Positions 1 to 13,600 of a stretch of 64,000 nucleotides of DNA are shown here, one piece after another. The DNA comes from Mobula hypostoma (taxonomy: Eukaryota), in NCBI RefSeq assembly GCF_963921235.1, contig NC_086107.1:98890001-98954000 (forward strand), written 5' to 3'. A model generated the notes under the pieces. That model worked only from the letters and a program-made list of their open reading frames with translations, did not search any database and had not been told where the DNA came from. Position 1 is the stretch's first letter. Each line of letters begins with the position of its first letter. Both the position numbers and the translations under genes were made by a program.

Positions 1-649
1 GACAAAACCCAATGCTGCCAATGCAGTCAGCTCCTGAGTGTTGCTGGTAACAGTTGATGGGATGGATCTGTGCTCACTGTGGGGCGGGGGTGTAGGCAAC
101 TCATGCCTCCACCGTGACCACTTTTTCCCAAGGTTGGAATGTAGAACTTGGGATACAGGGGGACAGGAGTGGTGGGAGAGAGGTGTCAGCAGGCAGTTCT
201 GGAACAGAGGCAGTGGAGTACCTGGAGAAGAGGAGGGGAGGGGAGGATCCATAGTTTTGGAGACCGAGTCCAATACAGATATCCAGACAAGCACAGGACC
301 TCACAATAACACCCTCAATCCAGGCCACGAAGGAGACACTTCCTTCATCACCGCTGACCGGGAAGACTGCCCAAGGAAGGAGAGCTGGTAGCTCGGCCAA
401 GTGTGGTTCTTCTACACGCTAGCTAGTGTTTCTCCCCATCTCGGACACCGCCACCCATTTCCCGTCACCGTCCAAGGACTCGCTCTGACCCCACCCACTG
501 CTCTGTAATCCAACAGTGACAGCCCCCACCCACTGCTCTGTAGTCATAATCCTGTCAACCAGGTGGGGAGTGCGGGTTCTCTGATGCTGATAGTGCAGCC
601 CTGGCCGAGATACGTGACTTCAGGCCAAGGATACTGTAGCGGATAAAGC

Positions 650-1395
650 AACTGGCTTTGGAGGTGGTGCAGAGGAGGTTCACCAGGTAGATTCTGGAGA
701 TAATGAGGCTGGCCAATGTTGAGAGATTTAAGTCACCAGGGACTATATTCACTGGAATTCAAAAGAATGAGGAGGGACCTTATAGAAATATACAACAATT
801 ATGAAAGGAATAGATAAGCTAGAGGCAGGAAAGTTGTTTCCACTGGTAAGTTATACTAGAACTATGAGACATCTGTTTCTTTATTGACATACAGCGCAGA
901 ACAGGCTCTTCCAGTCTTTTGAGCCTCACTGCCCAGGAATCCCCACAATTTAACCCTAGCCTAACCACGGGACAATTTACAATGACCAATTAACCTACCA
1001 ACCAGTACGCCTTTGGACTGTGGGAGGAAACCCACGCGGTCACGGGGAGAACGTGCAAACCCGGGTCTCCGGTACCGTAAAACCTTGTGCTAACCACTAC
1101 GCCACTGTGCCAGCCATGGCCTCAAGGCTTGGCGGAACTGATTTAGGATTGAGATGAGGGGGTACTTTTTCCAGAGAGCAAGGAATCTGTGGAATTCTCT
1201 GCCCAGGGAAGCAGAAGTTACCTCATTAGATATATTTAAGACATAGTTGGATAGATTCTTGTGTAGCAGGGAAATTGAGGGTTATGGGGAAAAGGCAGGT
1301 AGATGGAGCTGAGCCCACAGCCGGATCAGCCAGGATCTTATTGAATGGCGGAGCAGGCTCCACGGGTCAATTCCAGCTCCGATTGAAGTTCTTAC
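650..1395 (+). mobile_element. CR1 LINE 3' fragment interrupted by a SINE (about 875-1112)
   Basis: VQRRFTR and RMRRDLIEIY-like coding remnants; typical CR1 3' end. Confidence 0.7.
875..1112 (-). mobile_element. HE1-like tRNA-derived SINE
   Basis: GGCACAGTGGCGTAGTGGTTAGCAC...TTTGCACGTTCTCCCCGTGACCGCGTGGGTTTCCTCCCACAGTCCAAAG; related copies at about 12460-12680, 22165-22375, 31465-31580, 31610-31860, 56570-56770. Confidence 0.7.
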
Positions 1396-1821
1396 GATCA
1401 GCTTCAGTCCTGCTCCTCTGACAGCCAGGCACTCCCTCGTTACCGCCTCTTCAACAGCGTGATGCTCCCTCACTGCTAACAGTGTAGTACTTCTTGAGTT
1501 CTGTTTCCCATGACAGTGGAGGGCAGAGATCTGTTGTGAAGCCTTGGACTGGGCTGTGAGAGGCATGGGCCGGTGACCTGCAGGCCCTTTGGTCAAGAGC
1601 ACTTGGCCACCGCTGTTCAGTTGTACGGGGTTGACAGCGACCTACCTCAACCAGTAGCTCCTCAGCACCCAGTTCTCCAGCTTGTGGGAGACAAAAGAGA
1701 CCAGGTGTAGAGAACACAACTGGATCCTTTGCAAATCTCATTTCAATTTCAAAGCAGAGTCCATTTCTAACAACTCGTGTTCCATTAAACCAGAAAAAAA
1801 TGGACAGGAATGAAGTTTAGT

Positions 1822-2352
1822 TAGGGTGAGAAGGGAGGTGGGATGAGAAGGGATTAGCTGGAGTTAGGATGAGAAGGGATTAGCTGGATTTAGGACCAGA
1901 AGGGAGATGGAAATAGCTGGAATTAGGACGTGAAGGGGGGTGGGATTAGCTGGAGGTGGGATGAGAAGGAAAATGGGATTAGCTGGAGTTGGGATGAGAA
2001 GGAAAATGGATTAGCTGGAGTTGGGATGAGAAGGAAAATGGAATTAGCTGGAGTTAGGACGTGAAGGGAGGTGGGATTAGCTGGGTTAAGACTAGAAGGG
2101 AGGTGGGATTAGCTGGAGCTGGGATGAGAAGGAAAATGGATTAGCTGGAGTTGGGATGAGAAGGAAAATGGGATTAGCTGGAGTCAGGACGTGAAGGGAG
2201 CAGGGATTAGCTGGGGCTAAGACTAGAAGGGAGGTGGGATTAGCTGGAGTTAGGATGAGAAGGAAAATGGGATTAGTTGGAGTTAGGATGAGAAGGAAAA
2301 TGGGATTAGCTGGAGTTAGGATGAGAAGGGAGGAGGGATTAGCTGGGGTCAG
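1822..2352. repeat. Degenerate ~33-bp purine-rich minisatellite
   Basis: GGGATTAGCTGGAGTTAGGATGAGAAGGAAAAT-type units, about 16 copies. Confidence 0.9.
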
Positions 2353-2396
2353 GGCTGAGGGGTTGCTATCCAAAGAAAATTTTGCCAAGTACGTAC

Positions 2397-2489
2397 CAAA
2401 TATTCAAACTTGACATCGAGGTATTTTTTGATGGTGAGTTTAGTGTCAGGAATGGCCTTGTTCAGGTACGTATTCAGGTCGCTGAGCAT
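2397..2489 (-). CDS. PICK1: PICK1 coding exon 9 (MLSDLNTYLNKAIPDTKLTIKKYLDVKFEYL)
   Basis: 93 bp, AG/GT flanks. Confidence 0.96.
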
Positions 2490-4617
2490 CTGCAAGTAGA
2501 AATGTCAGCCATTACTCAGTGACGAAGAGCAAAGGTATATCCATATTTATAAATCGGGAGGTTTGGTGGCTCAGCGTTTCCATCCCCACCTGACCATTTC
2601 AAAGTGGATCTGGACCCACCTTGCAGGGGTGTCCTCACTGAGCAAAGGGAACTTGCCTGACACACACGTTACCGCCGTGTGCTGATGAGCCAGGGACTTA
2701 CCGGCTTCACTGTCTTCAGGAGTCGGATGCCAAACTTCTCGATGCTCCGGTGAGCCTCTGCAAATTTGACAAAGGCCTCGCTAGCAGCGGGCTGCGGTTC
2801 CCTCACCCCGATGATGGAAAACACGTCGCCGAACGCTGAAACGAACCAAAACACTGGTGGCAGTGCGAGCCCGACTGACAGCAGTGGCACCAAACCCCTT
2901 TGGGGAACTACACCTCAAAGTTCATCCAGCTCTGTAGATTAACCTCCCAGTCTAACCTAACCACCTCCCGCACTCCCCTCTGGCTCCTGCCCAAAAACAA
3001 ATTTATCCAACTTCTTCACTCAGACCGTGGAACAAGCTGACAGATAACAGAATTCAATTGTAACATTTTAAGGGAAGTTTGGTTAGGTACACGGCTGGGA
3101 AGGATTTGGAGAGAGATGGTCTGGGTGCAGGTAGATCAGGTTGGCATAGCCTAGATGGGCCGAAGAGCCTGTTTCTGTGCTGTAGGACTCTATATCCTTG
3201 GAGCTTGGTGCTTAATGTCCCAAATTAAAACAACCCACTATATACACCTATCCCTGTGCCTCTGCTGTTTCATTGTCAGTCAATGCCATCTGCTCATTAG
3301 CCTCCAGCCACAGGAAACACACAGGCAGGCCGCAAGTTACAACAGGATCTGATCCTGTGGACCGCCCGAGACCCGAACTGCTCGCAGGTTGGACGTGAGC
3401 ACAAACTGCGTGTGGGAGAGCGAGCAGGCGCGAGGTGGGCTGCTGCCAGCCGTCCTCGGTGCCTCAGGGGCTGAGCGACTCAGTCTCCTCGGCTCCACCC
3501 AGACCCTGATCGTTGCAGTTCAGTGAGGTGGTGGGGGGGCAGAAGGCACGGGGAAATACCACATTCCCAACATCAGAAGATCCCTTCAGCCTCACAGCAG
3601 CCAGCAAGTCTACCCCCATCCACCGCGCGTCTATAAATCAAGCGTTCATAACCCGGGCGAGGGCCTGCCCCTCATAACTTCCTCCTTTAATCTCTCCATC
3701 ACCTATCATTGACTAATTCCCCGTCCACAGGAAGCATTTTCCAGATTTTAGTTTCCGATCGTCATCGGCCACGCTACAAACCCCAGTCCCTGAGGCAGGC
3801 AAAGGACACAATTCTCCCATTATAATATACACAGCCCTCACCTGCATTAGCTCAGGGAGGCATTTGTTGGGGTAATACAATGGGGGGGGTAGGGTGTAAA
3901 TGAACCAGGCTGAAAGGGTGAACCTCCTTCGCCTGTTCCTAGTGAAGATCGAAGCTCTGAGCTGCATAACAACACCTCCTGCCAGGCCAGGCCAAGTTAC
4001 CGATGAACAGGACCGACAGAAGGTCTTACCTCGGTGCGTCTGTGACAGCTCGAAAAATGCTCTCAGCAGCCTCTTTGTGTGTTCCATCAGTCCTGCCACA
4101 CGTTGAAAAGGGGGAAATGTTTTAGCACTTTGAACACAAAGCTGTTAACGCCTCTCTCTCCTGAGCGTGGGAGCAACGAGCCTCATAAACGGGCTCTGCA
4201 CTTGCTCCCTGCTCTTCCTCACTGCAGAGACAGCCTTTGGCACGTGGACAAGTAAAGGCCCAGACACAGCTCTCACACGTCCACCTCGCATGCACTCACA
4301 CACCTGGTTCTTGCCCTGCACACTCAACCCTCAATCTTCATCCCTATACACACACACACAGCCCCTGCCTGTATATACACCCAGATCTCACCTGTGCACA
4401 CACACCCGGACCTCAATTGTACACATGCCAACCCTCGCTTGTACACACACCTGCCCTTGCCTACACACACACACCTGCCCTTGCCTGAATACACACACAC
4501 AGACCTGTCCTTGCCTGCACACGAACACACACCAACCCTTGCCTGCACATACACATACACCAGTCTTTGCCTAAGCACACACGTCCTTGCCTGAACACAC
4601 AGGCGCGCACGCGCGCG

Positions 4618-4660
<43 letters not shown>

Positions 4661-7600
4661 CCCTTGCCCTGCATATACACCCAGACCTCGCCTATACACA
4701 CACCGCCAGATCTCACCTGTACACACACACCCAGACCTCATTTGTACACACGCTAACCCTCGCTTGTACACACACACACCAGCCCTTGCCTGAACACAGA
4801 CACACAGACCTGTCCTTGCCTGCACACGAACACACACACACACACACACACACCAGCCCTCACTAATGGAGATGGCGCTCACCCATTGCACCCACCGATC
4901 TTGACCCACACACACCTTTGCCCTCGCACGCTTCACTCATTCCACTCCCACAGCCCACACCCATCGTACTCCCCGACATCCACACTCCCTACGTCTGCCC
5001 CAGAACCTCATTACCACACCCACAGTCCCCAAACCCAGTGCCCACCCGCACACCCAGCCCATGCAACCTCACTTCTGCAATCTCCACACCCAAAACCCTA
5101 TTCCCCCGCACCCCCACACCTCTCCAACATGTCGCTTCTGTGATAACCTTCCAACGATCACGGTTTTCCAGCCACCCAGTCCTCCGGCACACCGCCCTGA
5201 GACAGTCTCACCCCGGCTCCTCGGCCTTACCAAGTCCCCGCCACCCCCCCCGCCTCCCGTTACCTTTGTACAGCTCCGCCGTTCTCTCCAGTTCCTCCAG
5301 TTTCTTCACAAGTCCGTCTGCAAGAAAGACCGTCCTGTGAATCTGTTGGTGCCTGGTTTCTTTCTCCTCCATAACTGCAATAACCTCTGGTCTCGGCCCC
5401 GTTAACTCTGACCTTTGACCCTGAATAAACCTCCATGAGCCCTGAATAAACTTACAGGATCTTTCTCCTTTTAAACCCCTTGTGTCCCCTCCCATCACGC
5501 GTGATAAACTCTTGTCATCACTCCCGTCTTGCCCCAAATAAAACCCAGCCTCATTCCCCCCGAACCCCACAGGTTAGAAGGTTGGACCAGGCAGTGGAGC
5601 CATACTTCAACAGGCACAGATGTAATGGGCTGAATGGCCTCCTTGTTTTGTCACTGAACCCTTAACAACCACCCTCCCTCGTGAGGTCGGAGTCAGCCAC
5701 AGAAGTTGTGACCCAGCCATCTAGGTACACAAGCCAGGGCTGTACGATACGGAGAGCGAGCTGTTGCCCGTGCAGCAGGCTCCCCCTCTCCACGCAGCTG
5801 ATGAACCCAAAGGAACGGCAGAGGCCGATACAGTTTGGTGCCAGCAGCGTCGCAGGAGTTGCCAGTCGGCGTTGAACTTAACATAGGACTGACTGTCATA
5901 GGGACTCCAGCTCCGGATTTCCTCCCCGAGGTTTACTCCTGAAGCCTTCCCCACGAGTGGGTATAGCCACAAGGCAGCGGAGGTTTGAGTTCAGGGTTTT
6001 CCTTGTCCCAGACGAGCTGCCAACCACAGCTGATGAGCCCCATCTGCCCGAAGGTGCCAGTAACCTGCCTTTACCCCTTCTCCTGTCGGTATAAATGATT
6101 CCACTGAGCTTAGTAGCTGAGCCACACTTGGAGGCCGGTAGCTGGACTTGGTTGTCAGAGGCTACTGAAACACACACCAATAGGAGCATTTAATAGGTAG
6201 TGGGAGCAGGTCCCCATTACCACACAACCCCTCCAGGCTACATAACCATATAACAATTATAGCTCGGAAACAGGCCATCTCGGCCCTTCTAGTCCCTGCC
6301 GAACTCTTACTCTCACCTAGTCCCATCTACTTGCACTCAGCCCATAACCCTCCATTCCTTTCCTGTCCATATATCTATCCAATTTAACTTTAAACGACAA
6401 CATCGAACCTGCCTCAACCACTTCTGCTGGAAGCTCGTTCCACACAGCTACCACTCTCTGAGTAAAGAAGTTCCCCCTCATGTTACCCCTAAACTTTTGC
6501 CCTTTAACTCTCAACTCATGTCCTCTTGTTTGAATCTCCCCTACTCTCAATGGAAAAAGCCTATCCACGTCAACTACCCCCCTCATAATTTTAAAAATAC
6601 CTCTATCAAGTACCCCCTCAACCTTCTATGCTCCAAAGAATAAAGACCCAACTTGTTCAACCTTTCTCTGTAACTTAGATGCTGAAACCCAGGTAACATT
6701 CTAGTAAATCTTCTCTGTACTCTCCCTATTTTGTTGACATCTTTCCTATAATTCGGTGACCAGAACTGTACACAATACTCCAAATTTGGTCTTACCAAAG
6801 CCTTCTACAATTTCAACATTACATCCCAACTCCTATACTCAATGTTCTGATTTATAAAGGCCAGCATACCAAAAGCTTTCTTCACCACCCTATCCACATG
6901 AGATTCCACCTTCAGGGTATCAAGCATAAGGAACCCACCCTCCCTTACACCTCCCCAGTTAACGCCCGGCCTCACTCTCAGATATCAATAGACTTTGGCA
7001 TGTAATGGGATCAGTGCAGGCAGGTGGTGCTGAGGTGAAAGATCGGTAACAATCTTATTGAATGCTGGAACAGGTACGAGGGGCCAAATGGCCTGGGTGT
7101 GCTCCTGTTTCCAACGTGCTCGTGTCGCGTGTTGACCCTGGATAGATCACCCGCCTGTTCCCTGAACGCGGCCCCACACTCGAGCTCACTCACCGTTGCA
7201 CAGGATGGCCCGGCTCAGGCCCAGAGCATCGGCCGTGCCAGAGCTCATGTTCTCCACCAACCGGTGCTTGACCTTCTTCAGAACTGTGAAAGACAGGCAC
7301 AGAGCATCACCCTGAAGCAATACCAGCATCCCCCCTTCCACACACCCTGTAGTCTCCTACCTGCCGGATCCCTGTAGAGCTGTGGGCTCCATCCCAGGAA
7401 AACCAAACTGTGCAGACTGTCCGGGGAGGAATTCACCTACTGACAGCCACTGGACCTGTGGCATTTAACAGAATTACACCCCTTCCTCACCCCTGTACCT
7501 CATCTTGTCCCACCTCCTTCACTCAGACACAATACGCTGCTTCACAAATGCAGGCTGACAGTTCTGTCTGTGAGAGAGACCCACGGACCTCACTGAGTAT

Positions 7601-10600
7601 CGGGGAACAGAGATGAGGAGGAATTTCTTTATCCAAAGCGGAGAAGCTATGGAATTCATTGGGTCATAGAACGCTACAGCACAGAAACAGGCCCTTCAGC
7701 CCATCTAGTCTGTGCCGAACTGTTACTCTGCTTAGTTCCATTGACCCACACCTGGGTCACAGCCCTCCATACCGCTACCATCCATGTACCTATCCAAACT
7801 TCTCTAAAATGTTGAAATTGAACCTGCACCCACCACTTCCACTGGCAGCTCATTCCACTCTCCGAGTAATGAAGCTCCCCCACCCAGGTTCCCCTTAAAT
7901 ATTTCAGCTTTCACCCTCAGCCCATGACCTCTGGTTCTAGTCTCACCCAACCTCAGTGGAAAAAGAGTGTTTGCATTTCCCTGTCTATACCCCTCATAAT
8001 TTTTCACACCGAATGCAACATGAGACTGCAGATAATTTGAACGCAATTACTTAAAAACACTCCATCTGCAGATCAGGTTATATACAAGCCCAACAAGTAG
8101 TTTGAGATTGCCACAGATAGCTGTGGAGGCCAAGTCATTGGGTATACTTAAAGAGGAGGTTAATAGATTCCTGATTAGTAAGAGTGTCAATGGCTACAGG
8201 GAGAAGGCAGGAGAATGGATTTGGGAGGGAATATAAATTCGCCATAACCGAATGGTGGAGAAGACTCGATGGGTTGAATGGCCTAATTCTGCTCCTATGT
8301 CATATGGTCTAACTCAAAAACATGGGATTCTTAGGGAAGGATACAGTCAAATCCAATTCAGAATGAGCAACAGAGAGGGACTATAAACAGAGAAACAAAA
8401 GGCAAAATGGACCGAGAAGTAAATATAAAATATTAATAATTTCCAACAATAATTTATTCCACATAGGAATGACAATGTAGAGTTTAAATCAGGGTTACCC
8501 AACCTTTTTTTAATGCCACGACCAATAACAGAGGGGTCTGTGAACCCCAGGTTGAGACCCTCTGGTTTAAATGGTTCTGTTTCCAAGCCAAACTCTGCAC
8601 AAATGGTCCCAAGCCCAGCTTCAAAAGGAGGAGGGTTTGGCATGAGGTTAGCAACCCCATCCCATAAAAACCCGGTGCTCCAGAAACACTGACAGAACCT
8701 CTGAAGCCCTCGTCCCTGTGAGAGGAAGGATCTTGAAAGACAGGCCCAGGACAGGACAGAGGACTCTGGTGGGCAGAGGCCTACGCCCCAGAAGGGGTGA
8801 TGGGCTTAACAGAAGAAGAATTTCCCAGCCCGATGGGATCCTCGCAGTTACAGCACCTTTGCATGATTAGATAAAAACCTTGACCTTTCTGCCAGGAGTT
8901 TAACAGGAGCAGGAAAAGTCACCCTACCCAGAGGGAAATACCGACCACAACAGGCCGCCTCCAAACACACGGTGCTGGGCTCCTCACATGAAGTCAAGGA
9001 GTTGGAGGAGCTCAGCGGGGCAGCTGTGGGGCCCAGACAATGCCGGGGGTGAAGTGGTGGAGACGTTGGGTAGGGAGACACTGAGGGGAACGAGGAGGTA
9101 AACATTAGGATACTGAACAGGTAATACTACTTACCGATGTCTAAGGTTTTGCCTTGCTTAGGATCAGCCTGGAGTTTGTTGTAATGAATTGTAACTTCTC
9201 CCTTTCAGGACATTAAAAGGAGAGTTTAAAAAAAACAAATTATTTACATAAAGTTACTTAATTAGCTCAAAACCACAGTTCATCGTTAGAAACACAAGAG
9301 ATTCTACAGATGCTAGAAAGCTCGAGTAACACACACAAGATGCTGGAGGAGGCCCATACACCAGCATGTCGGAACGGGAATGGAAATCATGATTAAAAAC
9401 ATCGACTGTTTATTCACTTCCATAGAGGCTGCCTGACCTCCTGACCTGCTGAGTTCCTCCAGCATTTTGTGTGTGTTGCTCTGGACTTCCAGAGTCTGTA
9501 GAACTTCTTTTGTTTTTGAAATTCTGGACAAGTTCAGCAGGTCAAGGCAGTGTCTACAGAGAGGAAAAGAGAGTCGACAATTCGGTCCAAGACACTTCAT
9601 CAGGACTGGGGAGTGGGGGGAGAAGCCAGAAAAAGGTGGGGGAGGGGAATTAAATGGAAAACGTGGGGGTGATAGGTGGATAAGATTAGGTGGAAGGAGC
9701 TGAAGAGGAATCTGATAATAATAATAATAATGTGCTTTCTTGATCCCAAGTGGGAAATTAGATAGGAGAGGTGAGTGGACCATGGGAGATAGGGAAGGGG
9801 GAGGCACCACAGGGAGGTGGTGCAAAAAGGAAGGGGTAAGAGGGAAGACGGAATGGGGAATGGTAAGAAAAAAGAGAAGGTGAAGGGAGGAGAAATGACT
9901 GGTAGGTAGAGAAATCGATGTTCATCCATCAGGTTGGAGGCCACTCAGATGGAACATGGGGAGTTGGTCCTCCAGCCTGAGAGTGACAGTAGAGGAGACG
10001 GCGGAGTGACCTGTCGGAATGGGAATGGAGGCTGGCAGTGAAATGGCTGGCCACTGGGAAATCGCCTCTGTTGCAGACGGAGCGAAGGTACTTGACAAGG
10101 TACCAGTCTACTTCAGGTCTCACCGAGGTAGAAGAGGTTGTTACGTGGGTGAGACCCGATGTAGCACTGGATACGGTGGATGACCCCGACGAGTTTGCAG
10201 ATGAACTTCTTCCTCGCCTGGAAGGACGATTTGGGGTTTATCTTTCCCATCTATCACCTCCTGGCTTTTCACTTCAATCCTCCCCCACCACCCCCACCTT
10301 TCGGAGGAACCCGGCAGGTCAGGCAACTTCCAGAGTGGAGGAGCTGAGATCCTCCAGCGTTTTGTGAGCATTGCTCAACGCTTCCCACATCCGCAGCATC
10401 TCTCACATCACCTCTCCAACTCTCAGTCCCAAGGTGCAGGGGTTTCGAACTGAAACACCGTTGATTTCTTCCCTCCTACCAACGTTCCTCCCGCAGGTTG
10501 AGTCTAAATTCAAGGGAGCTGCGCCAAGACTCAGCAAATACTGGTCCGGCCTCGCCTGGGGTAGTGTGTTCAGTTCTGCTCACCGAACGATAGGAATGGG

Positions 10601-13600
10601 GTGGAAGGATTTCTGGGTATAGAAGGAATTGGGTGATATGGGGACATCAACGTTGGGCCAAATGATCTTACTGAAGGGATGGAATAAACTGAAAGGGCTG
10701 AATGGCCTTCTCCAGCTCACTCTTTCCAACTTTATGGAACAGGCAGTCTCTGGTCCCATGTCTATTTCTGGTCTGTTATGGGGATCGCTGCTGAAGTAAC
10801 GGACGTAATTAAACTCAGACTGCGCTCTCTTCCATTCACACAGCCTCGTCCACCTCCTGTCCCAACCACCCCCCCTCCCTCGAAGGCACTACCCTCCACT
10901 ATCCCACACCGCAGGGCTTCCCTGACATCCTCTGCCACTTTTCTCCCATTCCCCCCACCCCAATTAACCCCACTCCCAAGCAGAAGGGAGCCCTTCACCT
11001 TGTTCATTTCCTCTTCACCCCACCCCCATGAGACGCACAGACCCTTCCCTCTGACCTTCACAGCCTGGATCATCTTGGCCACCTCCACCTTCGTCTTCCC
11101 TTTGACGGACTTCCCGGTCACGCCGATGATCTCGTCGCCTGCAGCCAACGTCCCATCCAGGGCAGCTGGAGTGTTATCGAAAACCTGCCGGCAGAGACAC
11201 GGGTCAGGCCTGGCTCCACTGGGTCACAGGGGCAGGGTTCACCCGGAGTAGATCCAGACTGGGAGTGGGAACAGGAGCATCAAAAGTGGATTAGGAGCAG
11301 GGGATGCGGGCAGAGCGGAAGCAGAGTCACCCCCGGTACAAGCAATCCTCTCCTGAGGCACTGAGACCCAGAGGGGCTTCAGGCCTCTGTATGTGTACAG
11401 CAAATCCCTCCTACTTGGACTCCAACCACCTTACATATAAAATGGCCTGATGTGTCCTCAGTTGCTGCCATTTCTGACAATTACACACACTGCAGTCAGC
11501 CCGGCAACGTAACATATCCACCAGTAGAACAGAGAACACAGAACAGTACAGGCCATTCGGCCCACAATGTTGTACTGGACCAGAAACACCCAAACATTAA
11601 TCCCTCCTACCTATACCATGTCCTTATCCCTCCATCTTCCTCACATCCATGTGTCTATCCAAATGTCTCTTACAAGCCTCTAATGTATTTGCCTCTACCA
11701 CTGTACCAGGCAGCACATTCCAGGCATTCACCACTCTCTGAGTAAAACACTTACCCCTCACATCCCCCTCAAACCTACCCCCTCTCTCCTCCTCTGGTAT
11801 GGTTGGAAAATAAGCCAAGGACAATATTCCCACTATGGATTCAGAGATGGAAGTCGCGTTCCCTGAGTAAATAATCAGTCTTCCCACCCGGTCAGCAGCA
11901 CTGAGTCGCTGTGGGCTGCCCCTATAATGCAGGGGAGAAGCCTCGTGTACGCTGGGCTCTGGAAAACCTGTCTCAGGCTGGAAGCAGTGGCCATGGTGTG
12001 TGCACCCTTAAGGCCAATTTATACTTCTGCGTCGAATCTACGCCGTACCGCGTACCCTACGCCGTAGCCTGACGCGCACCTCCCCAAAAATGTAACTACG
12101 CGTCGCAGTGACGCAGACTGCAACAACTGTGATTGGTCCGCTTGGTAGCATCGCATTTCCGATTACTTCCACCCGAAGCTAAAACTCGAATGGTGATTGC
12201 CAGTCTCTGAGTAATGCCTGTAGGCATACTGTGCGTACAGACTCACCTGACTGTAACCCGAAGAGATATTACGGAACGAGCTACTGGAGGGTCACAGTTA
12301 GCTACAGCAAATGTCCAGAAACACAGAAGGGAGGGAATCGTTTAGTGCTGCAGGTGGGAAAGAGAGTGAACTGAGATTCACCGGGGCCAGTCTGTCAACA
12401 GAATCCCTTTAAATTCCCGGAGACGCGATCCCAATGGAGAAACCACGCGGGGCACCAGAGCAGCACGGTGGTTAGTGCGACGCTTTTCAGAGTTCAACTC
12501 CAGCGCCCGCTGTAAAAAGTTTGTACGCTCAAGCGTGCACATGCATTTCCTCCCACAGTCCAAAGACGAGCTGGCTAGTAGGTAAATTGTCCGGTGGTTA
12601 GGCTGGGGTTAAATCGGTGGGTCGCTGGGGGGCACGGCTCAGTGAGCTGGAAAGGCCTGTACCTCTAACAAAATAAGGCAGACGGGAACGGTAGAGGGTG
12701 CCTTTCAGTGCAGTGAGAGACGGCTTACTTTCTGTACAATGGATGACTGAGGGTGTCTCACCTGCACAATGTACAAACAGGGACAGTATTGGGCACCTCC
12801 TCCGATGCTGATCCCAATTAGGTTCTGAGAATCCTTTTTGAGCGTCACAGTCCCAGGCACGGTCGGAATTCCCCTGCAACAGTTGACATTTTTATATCAT
12901 GCTTAAAACACTAAAATTTCATTTCACTGGACACAGCCGTGATAATAACCCTCTGAATCAGTGGGTGACACCACCACCCTCTCCGGACAATGGGTGACAC
13001 CCCATTGGGTCCCCCCACCAATGAATATTGACTCACTGACAGTAAAATCAGGTTTGCTGTCTCTCCTGAGACGGACTTGGGAAGGGTCAAACTCGATCAT
13101 GCGCGCGGCCACTTCGGTGGTGATGTCTGTTATATGTCAAGTAGGGGACTGTGCACAATTCTGATTTGATGGAGACAGACATAAGAATACGGAGGAACAT
13201 CTGGAAAACTTCTGAAATGCCTGCTTCGCTGCTACAGTGTGGTAAACTGGAAACTCCGGAGCTGAAGGCCTCGAAATCCTCGGCTTTGCGTGTTTCAGCG
13301 GCCAGGGAGAGGTCGAAGGCGCTCGGCAGAGGATGGCGCTCGGGAAGCTATATGGGACAGGCTGGTCAGAAGCTCGAAGTTTTCGGACGGACGGACTCAG
13401 TGTCAGCTGCTTCCAAGGCATCAGCAAGTTGACGGTGCCTGGAGGTTTATGGCAGGGAGTTTCTCCCTTTTGCCGCCTGCTATCGGGGACTCGGGAGTCA
13501 ATCGACTCGGGGACTTTGAGACTTTTTTTTACTGTGCCCATGGTTTGTTCTTCATCAAATTATGGTATTGCTTTGCACTGCTGTAACTATATGTTATAAT

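Noticed and set aside
1451-1741. Acceptor-like tract at 1681 (-) and a 96-aa ORF as a further PICK1 exon
   Set aside because: No similarity to the expected next exon (SYCLKVKEMDDEEY); the phase-0 frame stops after 12 codons.
4167-5405. His/Thr- and Cys/Val-rich ORFs
   Set aside because: Products of CA-rich low-complexity sequence.
5680-6240. Repeat-like segment in a PICK1 intron
   Set aside because: Probably an interspersed repeat, but there is no second copy or diagnostic motif in the window to support a call.
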